Counted from the stretch's first letter, positions 37,030-49,643 are shown. The stretch: DNA of 64,000 bases from Squalus acanthias (GCA_030390025.1 CM059433.1:10480001-10544000), one strand, 5' to 3'. Numbers and translations: made by a program. Notes: a model not told the origin generated them from the sequence alone.

Positions 37030-37842
37030 AGATAATCAAGGGGCTATCGGGAGGGAGGAACTTAAAACAATCTCTGTCACTAGAGAAAAAGTACTAGGCA
37101 AACTAATGGGACTAAAGGCCAACAAGTCCCCTGGACCTGATGGCCTGCATCCCAGGGTCTTAAAAGAAGTGGCTGCAGAGATAGTGGATGCATTGGTTGT
37201 AATCTACCAAAGTTCCCTGGATTCTGGAGAGGTCCCAGTGGATTAGAAAACTGCAAATGTAACACCACTATTCAAGAAAGGAGGGAGACAGAAAGCAGGA
37301 AACTATAGGCCAGTTAGCCTAACATCTGTCATTGGGAAAATGCTGGAATCCATTATTAAGGAGGTAATAGCAGGACATTCAGAAAATCATAAGACAATCA
37401 AGCAGAGTCAACATGGTTTTATGAAAGGGAAATTGTGTTTGACAAATTTGCTAGAGTTCTTTGAGGATGTAACGAGCAGGGTGGATAAAGTGGAACCAGT
37501 AGATGTAGTGTGTTTGGATTTCCAGAAGACATTCGATAAGGCATCACATAAAAGGTTACTGCACAAGATAAGAGTTCACGGGGTTGGGGGTAATATATTA
37601 GCATGGACAGAGGATTGGCTAACTAACAGAAAACAGAGAGTCGAAAACAGAGAGTCGGGATAAATGGGTCATTTTCCGGTTGGCAATCAGTGCCTAGTGG
37701 GGTGCCACAGGGATCAGTGCTGGGGCCTCAACTATTTACAATCTATATTAATGACTTGGATGAAGGGACCGAGTGTACTGTAGCCAAATTTGCTGATGAT
37801 ACAATGATAGGTGGGTTAGCAAGTTGTGAAGACGACACAAAG
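37030..37842 (+). mobile_element. CR1 ORF2 internal fragment, cut by the Harbinger
   Basis: ORFs 37340-37663 and 37690-37896 (QHGFMKG, GVPQGSVLGP, FADD). Confidence 0.88.
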
Positions 37843-38370
37843 AGTTCGATTTTGCCAGGCCCGAGGAGGCGGGTTTGGAGGCGTGTGAGGTGTTAAAATC
37901 GCAAAAAATGGCGGGCGGATCCAATCCCTTCTCTAGCCTGCCTCTGATCAATTTTCCCACAATCGTGGTTTCAGACCCCGTTTCCATCCCGCCTCCAAGA
38001 GGCGGGATAGGCCCTTAAGGCCCTTAACAACCAGTTAAGTGCCTCTATAATCCAATTTTGAGAGGCCTTTCTGAATTTAACACATTTCCCCCGTGCTGCA
38101 CATCTCCTCTGGAACACGCCAGTTAATCCTGGCGGCCTCACAAGTGGATTGCTTACTAACAGCTGCAGCTCCACCATTAAAAAGGAGTTTTCAGCAATCA
38201 TCATTTGCAGGTGGCAGAACTTTGTTGTCTCAGGTCTGGGGGAACTTTTAGCAGGCCTACTCATTGTTGTGGAAGTTTGGAGCCTGACACCCATCTCCAG
38301 TGTGACCTCCTGGGAAACCCTCTCCCCACCTTGACTGAGCGCTTCCTCAACTGAGGTATATACCAGAAGA

Positions 38371-39608
38371 ATGGGAACCATTTATTTCCTTTCCTCCTGG
38401 ACATCGGATTCGGACGAAGACCAGCCGCGGCAGCAGCAGAACCCTGAACAACAGCAGCACCAACTGCAGGAGCAACAACAGGAGCACCAAGCTGCTGCTC
38501 ACCCACCTGAAGCTGCACAGGCCAGAAGGTGCCAGTGTATGGAAGCACATCGCCGCAGGAGATACCCCCAAAACAGGGTCTACAGACAGAGGATCAGCTA
38601 CCTCAACATGACTGAGCAGCAGTGCCAAAGGAGGCTCAGACTTTCGCGAGAGGTAGTGGGTGACATCTGCGCAATGCTGCAGCAAGACCTGGAGCCCAGA
38701 GGAGCGGGTGGATACCCCTTACCAGTGGCCGTCAAAGTCACCACCGCACTCAACTTTTTTGCTTCAGGCTCATTCCAGGGTTCAGCAGCAGACATCAGCG
38801 GCATCTCCCAGGCGGCCGCACACACTTGCATCACGCAGGTAACCGATGCCCTCTTTGCCATCGCGCACAATTACATCAACTTCTCAAAGGATCAAGCAAG
38901 TGTAACCGTGCGTGCGGTTAGGTTTGCGAATCTGGCAGGCTTTCCAAAGGTGCAGGGCGTCGTTGACTGCACACATGTGGCCCTTAAGGCACCCCATCAC
39001 AATCCAGGTATTTTTGTCAACCACAAGAGCTTCCACTCCCTCAACGTGACCACAAGAAGGAAATTTTGCATCTTTGCGCCAAGTACCCTGGTAGTTGCCA
39101 TGACTCCTTCATCCTGCGGCAGTCTAGTGTGCCTCCGCTCTTCAGTCTGCCAGACCAACTTTGCGGATGGCTCCTTGGAGACAAGGGCTATCCCCTGAAG
39201 ACATGGCTAATGACGCCGTTGAGGAGCCCATCCAACAAAGCTGAGGAGCGCTACAACTCCAGCCACATTTTCACCAGATCCATAATCGAGCAAAGCATCG
39301 GCTTGCTGAAGATGCGATTCAGATGCCTTGATAGATCAGGTGGCGCCCTGCAGTACTCATCAGCCAGGGTCTCCAGAATCGTCGTGGTCTGCTGTGCACT
39401 TCAGAACATGGCACAGCATCGTGGCTTGCAGCTGCATGAGGTACAAATGGCTCATCGCATAGCCTCCTCAGATGAGGATGAGGATGAGGATGAGGAGGAG
39501 AGCGACAACAAACAGCTTGCGGAGGCGCATCAACCAGCGGCAGCAGCACGCGAGCACATTGCTGCCCGGGATGCAAGGAACGCACTCATCTTGGCCAGAT
39601 TTGCTTAG
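38371..39608 (+). pseudogene. HARBI1-like DDE transposase with a single frameshift
   Basis: Motifs [71 protein letters not shown] small deletion near 39047 removes the expected QLVC of SLNVQLVCD. Confidence 0.93.
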
Positions 39609-39872
39609 CCTGGCCAATCAAACAGTTTTGCCCCGCACCTTCTTACCAGAGCATCGACAATGGACAAGAACCTACGGATTCCTATCACTCTGACCACCAT
39701 ACTGACAATTGCAAGTCGCCCTAAGCCCTCAATGTGGAAGTCCCATTTGCGAAATGACACAGGCCACAACTTCAACAGTTTACCATCAAATTTTTTTATC
39801 ATCACAATTCACGGATGGCTTTTCAAAAAAAAAACACAACAGAACACCCAAGTGACTACCCTTGTGATGACT

Positions 39873-39995
39873 TAACATAGAAACATAGAAACATAGAATC
39901 TAGGAGCAGGAGTAGGCCATTCGGCCCGTCGAGCCTGCTCCGCCATTCAATACGATCATGGCTGATCATCCAAATCCAGTACCCTGTCCCTGCTT
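39873..39995 (-). mobile_element. CR1 3' tip
   Basis: (CATAGAAA)n tail plus 3' UTR. Confidence 0.85.
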
Positions 39996-39999
39996 TAAT

Positions 40000-40289
40000 C
40001 CCCACAGTACACATATCCCACCCTACCCCCGTAACCCCACGTATTTAATTCCCCCTAACATATCCCATCCTATCCCCATAACCCCACATATTTAATCCCC
40101 CCTAACAGTAAGGGTCAATTTATCATAGCCAAATCAACCTAACCCACACATTTTTGGACTGTGGGAGGAAACCGGAGCACCCGGAGAAAACCCACGCAGA
40201 CACGGGGAGAATGTACAAACTCCACACAGACAGTCACCCGAGGTCAGATTCGAACCCGGGTCTCTGGTGCTGTGAGGCACCAGTGCTTT
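40000..40289 (-). mobile_element. HE1-like V-SINE
   Basis: tRNA-like GCCTCACAGCACCAGAGACCCGGGTTCGAATC followed by the V-domain TGTGTGGAGTTTGTACATTCTCCCCGTGTCTGCGTGGGTTTTCTCCGGGTGCTCCGGTTTCCTCCCACA. Confidence 0.88.
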
Positions 40290-42261
40290 ATCTTGTGCTT
40301 TATCTTCCTCTTACGCGTGCTCCTACGTGGTGCTTCCCCGGTGGCTTCAGCAGATGTGGAGGCCCCTTGCTCACTTTCTTGCTGCTCCTGCCTCGACGCC
40401 TTTGGCGGACATCCTCTGGGGTTGCGAGCCTGTGAGGGCTCGGCAACAGTCTGCTGCTCCTGCGGCTGTGCAGGTGCTGAGACGCCGATCTCAGTTGGGT
40501 GAGGAATCTGGTGGGGCTCTGACCGAGGGCTCTGCAGTGGCATGGTCGTGTGAGCGCTTGGAGAGGAGCCCCCAGTTCCTTGTTCTCTGCCACCAACATC
40601 TCTCTCATGGGTCAGTCCCACTTCAGAGCTAGCAAATGGCTTGACAGCACCTTGCTGCACTGCAGGGGAGCCATGAGGACCCGTTTCTGCACTGGAAGTC
40701 CTACTCCAGAGGACTTCCATGAAGGTCTGGTTTCTCTGCTCAATAGCTGACCATTGCTCCTCAAGAGATGTCAGTCTATTCTGAACAATGACTATGTTTT
40801 CAAGACCCTGGCGACTTAGCTCCTCCATGGCCGTAGCCATCCTCTCCTCTACCGTAGCCATCGTCTCCTCTACGGTAGCCAGCCTTACCACGGAGGTAGC
40901 CATCCTTTCCACGGAGGTTGACATCCTTTCCGTGGTGATGCGTTCATGCGCCAATGCCTCCACAAAGGCTATGCTCATGTTAGCGATGGACTCCTCCATT
41001 CGCTCCACACTCACAGCGACCCTGGAGACAAAACCTGCCAGAGACTCCTGCACCTGTTCCTGGAGTTCCAGCACTGCTCTCCTTCTGGATGGACCTGGAG
41101 GCACAGGGTCGAAATGCAGTGGAGCCAAGCTGGGAGAGTCCTGCGCCCTCCGACGAGGACTCTCCACTGCAGTCTCTGTCTCCACCATCTGCTGATGCTC
41201 ACTTGTGAGCTGTGATACACCAGGTGACAACACTACTCTATGTCCCGAAGGGCCCACCGAGGTGTGAGTGTCTGCGCTGGTGCTGGGTGCGCTGAATTCT
41301 GCTGACGCTGCACCCTCAGAGGTTGCAATTTCCTCTGAGGAGTCTGGGGGCTCAGGCTGTTCCTCCTGGATAGTGGGGAGGGGGGATGTCAATGGTCCTG
41401 TGGGAGAGTAAAGGAAAGAGTTAGACATGTGAGATAAACGTTGCATGCACATTGAAGCATCATAATCCATATCAGTCACTCATGCAATGTCAATGAGAGA
41501 GATGAAAAACTATTCTGTCACCAGCTTGCTCTGATGCGCCCGTCTGTCCGTCCTCCACTTGCGCATCCTCCTCGACTCCCACGATCTCGAGGGCCGCCTC
41601 CTCTGCGCTGGTGAGCTGGGCTATTGAGGGTGGCCCTCCTCCTGCCCTCGCCCGTTCCCTTATTGTGGGCTCTCTTTTCCTGCAATGAGGGACACAAGTG
41701 GAGTTTGAGTGAGAATGAAGGAGTGAGTGTAGAGAATCCATAGCATAGATGCTTAGAAGGACACAAAGATGGAGTGAGGTGCCAAGACCAAGGGCCCTCC
41801 CTGTGTGTTGTAAGTTGTTGTCATAGCATCACAGTGATAGGGAGTGTGAGGGCTGCATTGTCGAATAGTTAAGTGAATGTGAACATACAGAGAGAGGGAA
41901 TGGTTAAGGGTGCAGGGATGTAAGGGTGAAGTGGGATGTGGAGGAGGAGGTTGACAAAGCAGAGTGCTGGTGATGAGAGGCGATGGGGATCAGATTGAGG
42001 GTCATGGGGATGGAATACTCACTTTTCCTGTGCGGAGAAGGTCATGAAACCTCTTTCGGCACTGCAGCCAGGTTCTGCTGCACATTGAAATCGCATTCAC
42101 CTCCTGTGCCACTTGCAGCCACACAGCTTTGGTCTGTTGTGGAGGCTTTTTCCTCCCTGAGGAAGGAAGAGCACTTCCTTATTTGCTCTTGCTTCCTCCA
42201 CCAGAGCTTGGAGGGAAGCCTCATCGAATCGGGGTGCGCACTTTGGTCTGGTGCTGGACAT
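40290..42261 (-). pseudogene. Harbinger Myb/SANT gene, 3 exons (42261-42023, 41679-41522, 41397 to about 40290), frameshifted
   Basis: Same GT-AG junctions as the copy at 34071-35467. The long exon 3 frame (ORF 40244-41479) ends in the basic stretch RRSTRKRKIK. Confidence 0.82.
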
Positions 42262-42329
42262 AGTAGCAGTAGGAATCCCTCAGAAGTATGTTGATAAAGT
42301 TGTAAGGCTGAAAAAGAACCAATGAGATG

Positions 42330-42550
42330 TCTTGGCTGTGCTCTTTGTTGTAGGGAATAATGTGAATAGATTTTGTCTGGGTTTAAATTGTGAATTCTGG
42401 GAGATTCTCTCATTGCTAACTTACCTGACGAAGGAGCGAACTGCTTCGAAAGCTTGTAAAATTAAATAAATCTGTTGGACTATAACCTGGTGTTGTGCGA
42501 CTTCTCATTTTTGTCCACCCCAGTCCAACGCCGGCATCTCCACATCATGC
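42330..42550 (+). mobile_element. Penelope-like element terminal repeat
   Basis: Hammerhead core followed by AATAAA and CTGTTGGACTATAACCTGGTGTTGT...CCAGTCCAACGCCGGCATCTCCACATC. The family call is from recall. Confidence 0.65.
42421..42459 (+). ncRNA. minimal type I hammerhead ribozyme motif
   Basis: Stem I UUAC/GUAA, core CUGACGA(A), stem II GGAGC/GCUUC, GAAA, palindromic stem III AGCU, and predicted cleavage after CUU at 42455. Confidence 0.7.
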
Positions 42551-42667
42551 CTTAAATATGGTCAGTAGTATAGGAGGGGCTGGGGCCAAGGGTGGAGGAT
42601 TCCAACGCAGGGAGTTCCTGTGACACTGGCTGTACAGAAGCCTGGCAGATTTGTAGCGGCTGGAATA

Positions 42668-43632
42668 AAAACATCAGAACATAAGAAATAGGAGCAGGAA
42701 TAGGCCACTTGGCCCCTCGAGCCTGCTCCGCCATTCAATAAGATCATGGCTGATCTTGGGCTCAAAGCCACTTCCCCACCCGCTCCCCATAACCCTTCAC
42801 TCCTTTATCTTGCAAAAATCTGTCTATCTCCACCTTAAATGTATTTAATGACCCAGCCTCCACAGCTCTCTGGGGCAGAGAATTCCACAGATTTACAACC
42901 CTCTGAGAGAAGAAATTCCTCCTCATCTCAGTTCTAAATGGGCGACCCTTTATTCTGAAACTGTGCCCCCGCGTTCTAGATTTCACCACTCTGCATCTAC
43001 CTTGTCGAGCCCCCTCAGTATCTTATATGTTTCAATAAGATCACCTCTCATTCTTCTAAACTCCAATGAGTATAGGCCCAACCTGCTCAACCTTTCTTCA
43101 TAAGTCAACCCCTCATCTCAGGAATCAACTGAGTAAATTGTCACAGAACTGCCTCCAATGCAAATATATCCTTCCTTAAATAAGGAGACCAAAACTGTAC
43201 GCAGTACTCCAGGTGTGGTCTCACCAATACCCTGTACAGTTGTAGCAGGATTTCCCTGCTTTTATACCCCAACCCCCTTGCAACAAAGGCCACCATTCCA
43301 TTTGCCTTTTTGATTACTTGCTGTACCTGCATGCTACCTTTTTGTATTTCATGCACAAGGACCCCAGGTCCCTCTGAACTGTAGCATTTTGTAATCTCTC
43401 TCCATTTAAATAATAATTAGCTTTTTTATTTTTCCTAACCTCGCACTTTCCCACATTATACTCCATCTGCCAAATGTTTTCCCACTCACTTAGCCTGTCT
43501 ATATCCCATTGCAGATTCTTTGAGTCCTCTGCACAACTTGCTTTCCCACCCATCTTTGTATCATCCGCAAACTTGGCTAGATTACACTCGGTCCCTTCAT
43601 CCAAGTCATTAATGTAGATTGTAAATAGTTGA
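42668..43632 (-). mobile_element. CR1 3' fragment
   Basis: ORFs 42762-42989, 43141-43356 and 43314-43604. Confidence 0.9.
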
Positions 43633-44921
43633 GAATGCTGGCCAGATCAGGAGTTCCCGACCATGGCAGTCACGGAGATAATCTTGGGGGGGTTTGAGGC
43701 CCCAATCAAGTCCACATATGCGAGCTTTGGGGCAAGCAAGCACTCTAGATGCACCCCTGGTGACCCACAACCTCACCCTGACCTGGGAAACCTCAGCAGG
43801 ATCAGCCGCAGTGTGTCCCAGGAGAGCATATCCTGGCTCTTAAATCAGGATTCACTGTTCCCTTCGGGCTTTCTACCCTTACCCAGTACATGCCCATTCC
43901 AGCAGAAGTCACCAGATAGCAATCAGAAGCAGAACGCCGGTTGATTTTTCTCCTCCTCGGCCCAGGAGTACGGAGGCCTAGTGTAGGACCCCAATTGATG
44001 TCTTGGCTGAAATAATCTAACTCAGCCCAGACCAGGAACCAAGATCTTCTGGCTAAAGGCTGAGTAAACCATCCCGGGGGGAGAGGGGGCTGCCCTTACC
44101 CTATAGGGCGTCATACTTAACCTTGATTCTTCCTTCTCCTAAGTTTCTCACACACACACACATACACACACTCACATACTCTAGCCCCGGGACACACATT
44201 AATTCTGGAGCCTCACCACCAGCTCTGCTGAACAGCAAAAGTAGCACAGACAAGGAATCAAACTGGGATTTCCCTGGCCGACACTGAGGCACTAGGATAT
44301 CAGTGGATTCCATCTCAGGTTCACAAAGAATACAGCGCATTCCCACTCCATCTTGTTGCAATGATTGCCCAGATTAATAAATAGGAACCACATATGGTTA
44401 GTACAAAAAGACACCATTTTAAATGGTTCACAGATGAGAAATTCTGTATTCCATAAAAAAATAATAAACTACCAGCAGACTCAAGGCCAAACCTTTATGG
44501 GCATTTATCGATGTGAGAAATGAGAATAAGAATTGAAGTGCAGCACTGGAGAAATACTTCTCTAATCGTAGTTTATCTTACAACTTTATACCTTTGTACA
44601 TAGAAAACATGGTGACATCAGAACAAGAGAAACAGTAAGTTAAGTGGGACCGAAAATTGATAACTCTCAAAGCCTGTTTATTAAACTCCATTTTTTAAAC
44701 TTATTTGGTGCCTGTTAATGATAGAAGCCAGAAGTGCTAATTCATAACATTTGCCACTATAATGGAGAGGATCCCTCTGACAGATTATCAAGATATCACG
44801 GGATATGGGGATAGGGCGGGAAAGCGGAGTTGATGTAGAAGTTCAGCCATGATCTTATTGAATGGCGAAGCAGGCTTGATGGGCCATATACCTATTGCTG
44901 CTCTTATTTCTTATGTTCTTA

Positions 44922-45230
44922 TAACCTTAGACCTAGGACACGGGTCTGCTGTTACCATTTACACCTCCTCCAAACCCATCTTTTGTTTCTTTACTTGTCA
45001 CATTACCATCCCCTTTTGCCTTGCACCATCATCCCTTTTGTCGTTTAATCTCTCCTGCCTTCCATACTATCATAGATCTTCCCTTTTGTTCTTTCCTCCC
45101 CTCCCCACCCCATCCCAACCATTCCCTGCTTTCTGATGAAGGGTCATCGACCCGAAACGTTAACTCTGTTTCTCTCTCCACAGATGCTGCCTGACTGGCT
45201 GAGTATTTCCAGCATTGTTTATTTTTTTAT
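44922..45230 (+). mobile_element. Penelope-type 3' region with a hammerhead motif
   Basis: Pyrimidine-rich tract followed by CTGATGAA GGGTC ATC GACCC GAAAC GTT AACT (45133-45165). A CR1 tip precedes it at 44790-44921. Confidence 0.65.
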
Positions 45231-45444
45231 CCCTATACCTAGTCTGGCACTGTGAGGTCTGAGTTTCAGATTTGATCTATTTAGATTTCCTAATCAAGTT
45301 CCATATGCAAGTAAGACCCACAGTTTACCATTTAAAGTGAAATATTTTTGAAAATAATGGCAGCAATTCAACTCCTGCTGGTTTTCTGACACAAAACTAA
45401 ATAGCTGATAAGTTCTACAGGTACTGGACATCCAGATAATCACC

Positions 45445-48212
45445 AAGGTTGGGAACTAAATATTCCAGGATACTTAACTTTTAGAAGAGAAAGGCAAAAT
45501 GGAAAAGGAGGAGGGGTAGCCCTGATAATAAAGGATAGGATAAAGACAGCAGAGAGAAAGGCTCAGAAAATCAAGAAGTAGAATCAGTTTGGGTGGAGCT
45601 AAGAAACAGCAAAGGGCAGAAAACATTGGTGGGAGTTGTTTATAGGCCCCCCAAGCAGTAGTTGTAATGTAGGGCAGAGTATAAATCAGGAAATTAGAGG
45701 CGCATGTAACAAGGGTATTACAGTAATCATGGGTGACTTTAATCTACATGCAGACTGGGCAAACCGAATTTGCAGTAATAGTGTGGAGGACGAATTCATG
45801 GAATATATACAAGATAGTTTTCTAGATCAGTGTGTTGAGGAACCAACTAGGGAACAGACTATTTTAGATCTAGTATTGTGCAATGAGAAAGGGTTAATTA
45901 ATAACCTTACAGTAAAAGGGCCTTTAGGGAAGAGTGACCATAATATGTTAGAATTCTATATTAAGTTCGAAAGTGTTTTAGTTAAATCCGAAACTAGGGT
46001 CTTAAATTTAAGCAAAGCAAACTATGTAGGTATGAGGGGCGAGTTGGCTAAGGTAGATTGGGAAAGTACATTAAAAGGTATGGTAGTAGACAAGCAATGG
46101 CTAGCATTTCAAGAATTAATACATAATTTACAACAAATATACATTCCTTTAAGGCACAAAAGCCCCACAGGAAAAGTGGTCCAACTGTGACTAACAAGAG
46201 TAGTTAAAGATAGTATTGGATCAAAGGAAGAGGCTTATAATGTTGCCAAAAAGAACAGTAAGCCTGAGGATGGGGCGGGTTTTAGAATTCAGCAAAGGAG
46301 GACAAAGAAATTGATAAAGAAAAGGAAAATAGAATATGAGAGTAAACTAGCGAGAGACATAAAAACAGACTATAAAAGCTTCTATAAATATGTAAAAAGG
46401 AAATGATTAGCGAAAGTAAATGTGGGTACCTTACAGGCTGAGACAGGAGAAATTATAATGGGGAATAAGGAAATGGCAGAGAGAGTAAACAAAAATTTGT
46501 GTCTGTCTTCACGGAAGAAGACGCAAAAAACCTCCCGGAAATAGTGGAGAACCAAGGGTCTAGTGAGAATGAGGAACTGAAAGAAATTAGTATTAGTAAA
46601 AAAATAGTACTGGAGAAATTAATGGGACTGAAAGCCAATATATTCCCTGGACCTGATGGCCTACATCCTAGTGTTTTGAAAGAGGTGGCTATAGAGATAG
46701 TGGATGCATTGGTTGTCATCTTCCAAAATTCCATAGATTCTAGAACGGTTCCCACAGATTGAAGGTAGCAAATGTAACCCCACTATTTAAGAAAGGAGGG
46801 AGAGAGAAAACGGGGAACTACAGACCAGTTAGCCTGACATCAGTAGTAGGGAAAATGCTAGAATCTATTATTAAGGACGTGGCAACAGGGCACTTAGAAA
46901 ATAATAATAGAATTTGGCAGAGTCAACACGGATTTATGAAAGGGAAATCATGTTTGACGAATCTGTTAAGCATTTTTTGAGGTTGTAACTAGCAGAATCG
47001 ATAAGGACCAGTGGATGTGGTGTATTTGGATTTTCAGAAGGCATTCAATAAGGTGCCACACAAGAGGTTATTAAACAAAATTAGGGCTCATGGGATTGGG
47101 GGTAATATACTAGCATGGATTGAGGATTGGTTAACGGACAGAAAACAGAGAGTAGGAATAAACGGGTCATTTTCGGGTTGGCAGGCTGTAACTAGTAGGG
47201 TACCGCAAGGATCAGTGCTTGGGCCTCAGCTATTCACAATCTATATCAATGACTTGGATGAGGGGACCAAATGTAATATATCCAAGTTTGCTGATCATAC
47301 AAAGCTAGGTGGGAATGTAAGTTGTGAGGAGGATGCAAAGAGGCTTCAAGGGGATATAGACAGGCTAAGTGAGTGGGCAAGAACATGGCAATTGTAATAT
47401 AATGTGGAGAAATGTGAAGTTATCCACTTTGGTAGGAAAAATAGAAAAGCAGAGTATTTTTTAAATGGTGAGAGATTGGGAAATGTTGGTGTTTAGAGGG
47501 ACCTGGGTGTCCTTGTACATGAATCACTGAAAGTTAACATGCAGGTACAGCAAGCAATTAAGAAAGAAAATGGTATGTTGGCCTTTATTACAAGAGGATT
47601 TGAGTAGAAGAGTAAAGACGTCTTACTGCAATTATATAGGGCCGTGGTGAGACCACACCTGGAGTATTGTGTACAGTTTTGGTCTCCTTACTTCAGGAAG
47701 GATATACTTGCCATAGAGGGAGTGCAACGAAGGTTCACCAGACTGGTCCCTGGGATGGGGAGATTTTCCTATGAGGAGCGATTGAGTAGACTAGGCCTAT
47801 ATTCTCTAGAATTTAGAAGAATGAGAGGTGATCTCATTGAAACATACACAATTCTTACAGGGCTTGACAGGGTAGATGCAGGGAGGATGTTTCCCCTGGC
47901 TGGGGAGTCTAGAACCAGGGGGTCACAGTCTCAGAATAAGGGGTCAGCCATTTAGGACTGAGATGAGAAATTTTTTCACTCAGAGGGTGGTGAATCTTTG
48001 GAATTCTCTACCCCAGAGGGCTGTGGAGGCTCAGTCGTTGAGTATATTCAAGACAGAGATCGATAGATTTTTAGATATTAAGGGAATCAAGTGATATGGG
48101 GATAGTGCAGGAAAGTGGAGATGAGGTCGAAGATCAGCCATGATCTTACAGGATGGCGGAGCAGGCGCGAGGGGCCGAATGGCCTATTCTTGCTCATATT
48201 TCTTATGTTCTT
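45445..48212 (+). mobile_element. long 5'-truncated CR1 covering most of ORF2, with many stops and frameshifts
   Basis: Endonuclease (GDFN, SDH) through RT to the 3' UTR, spread over ORFs 45636-48094. Confidence 0.93.
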
Positions 48213-48960
48213 ATTTATCCTCCTGGATCAAGAACGCAGAGTCTGTGAAAAATCAGTTAAAAATACACAACTGCATTTAGCATTTATGCAAAAACGGAGT
48301 TTTGACTCCCCTGAAAATTCTTGTGGATAATTAAGAGTGGAAGTAACAGGAGTGCGGATAGTCGGGGTGTCACTGTATCTAAATTGTAATTCGGTTTGAG
48401 GTTTTCTACACTACATTGAATTCAGGAATAAATAAATTGAAAGGTTGTTTAATTCGTGGCCATTTGGCGCGGAAGTCGAATTCCGCCTCCCCCCATCCCC
48501 ACTGACTTCATCTAAAGCCTTCAACTGTGCCACAGCCTTGTAACACATGCCAATGTGATGCTCTCAATTAAAAATTAGACGCTGCTTGACTTTCGTCTGA
48601 ATGTCAAAGGAACCTTTTGCTTGTGATCTCCTCCCAGGTTTGCTCTCTTGCATGCAGATTGGAGATACATGCCAGAGTTGAAAAATGCTATCCTATATAC
48701 TTGAAAAGGAAAATGTTGCAGGGCTATGGGGAAAGAGCGGGGGAGTGTGACTAATTGGATCGTTCTTTCAAAGAGCCGAATGGGCCGAATGGCCTCCTTC
48801 TGTGTAAGATGCTTTGATTCCCTTGGCTATCAACTTCACCGGCTATCAGTAAACATATTTCTGCTCAGCATATCTGTATTGGTGAAAAGTTCAGTTCTTA
48901 CAGGGGTCAAGCGGCTGATTGCGGCTGCATTCCCAGCTGCTCATAAACTCAGCTTTAACT

Positions 48961-49643
48961 TGGCTCAGTTGATATCACTCTCGCCTCTAAGTCAGCAGGT
49001 TGTGGTTTCAGGTCCCCACTCCAGAGACTTGAGCACAAACCTAGGCTGACACTTCAGTGCAGTACTGAGGGAGGGCTGACACTTCAGTGCAGTACTGAGG
49101 GAGGGCTGACACTTCAGTGCAGTACTGAGGGAGGGCTGACACTTCAGTGCAGTACTGAGGGAGGGCTGACACTTCAGTGCAGTACTGAGGGAGGGCTGAC
49201 ACTTCAGTGCAGTACTGAGGGAGGGCTGACACTTCAGTGCAGTACTGAGGGAGGGCTGACACTTCAGTGCAGTACTGAGGGAGGGCTGACACTGTCGGAG
49301 CTGTCGTCTTCCAAATGCAATGTTAAACCGAGATCCCTTCTGGCTCTTAGGTGGACGACAATAACAACAACAGCTTGTCTTTATATAGCGCCTTTAATGT
49401 AGTAAAACGTCCCACGGCGCTTCACGGGAGTAGTATAAGACAAAAAATTTGACTTGAAATATCCCATTGCACTGTTCGAAGAGCAGGGGAGCTCTCCGGG
49501 TGTCCTGACAAATATTTATCCCTTAACCAACATCTAAAACAGATTATCTGGTCATTTATCTCATTGCTGCTTGTGGCACCTTGCTGTGCGCAAATTGGCT
49601 GCCGCGTTTCCCAACATTACAACAGTGACTACACTTCAAAAAG
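48961..49643 (+). mobile_element. SacSINE1-like SINE with an internal VNTR and an antisense L2 tail insert (49357-49455)
   Basis: A and B boxes at 48961-49020; the SINE body resumes near 49459. Confidence 0.85.
49044..49293. repeat. perfect 30-bp minisatellite, 8 copies plus 10 nt
   Basis: Unit GGCTGACACTTCAGTGCAGTACTGAGGGAG. Confidence 0.97.

Larger units (their letters stand above)
37843..42300. mobile_element. near-autonomous Harbinger transposon, right end lost
   Basis: Eroded left TIR GAGTTCGATTTTGCCAGG, a transposase on plus and a Myb/SANT gene on minus. Confidence 0.92.

Noticed and set aside
44603..44640. Possible 31-nt host micro-exon (AG|...|GTAAGT)
   Set aside because: The polypyrimidine tract is weak and the peptide is unrecognisable. 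It cannot be supported without RNA-seq.
49041..49292. ORF of repeated SALPQYCTEV
   Set aside because: It is a by-product of the 30-bp VNTR inside a SINE.
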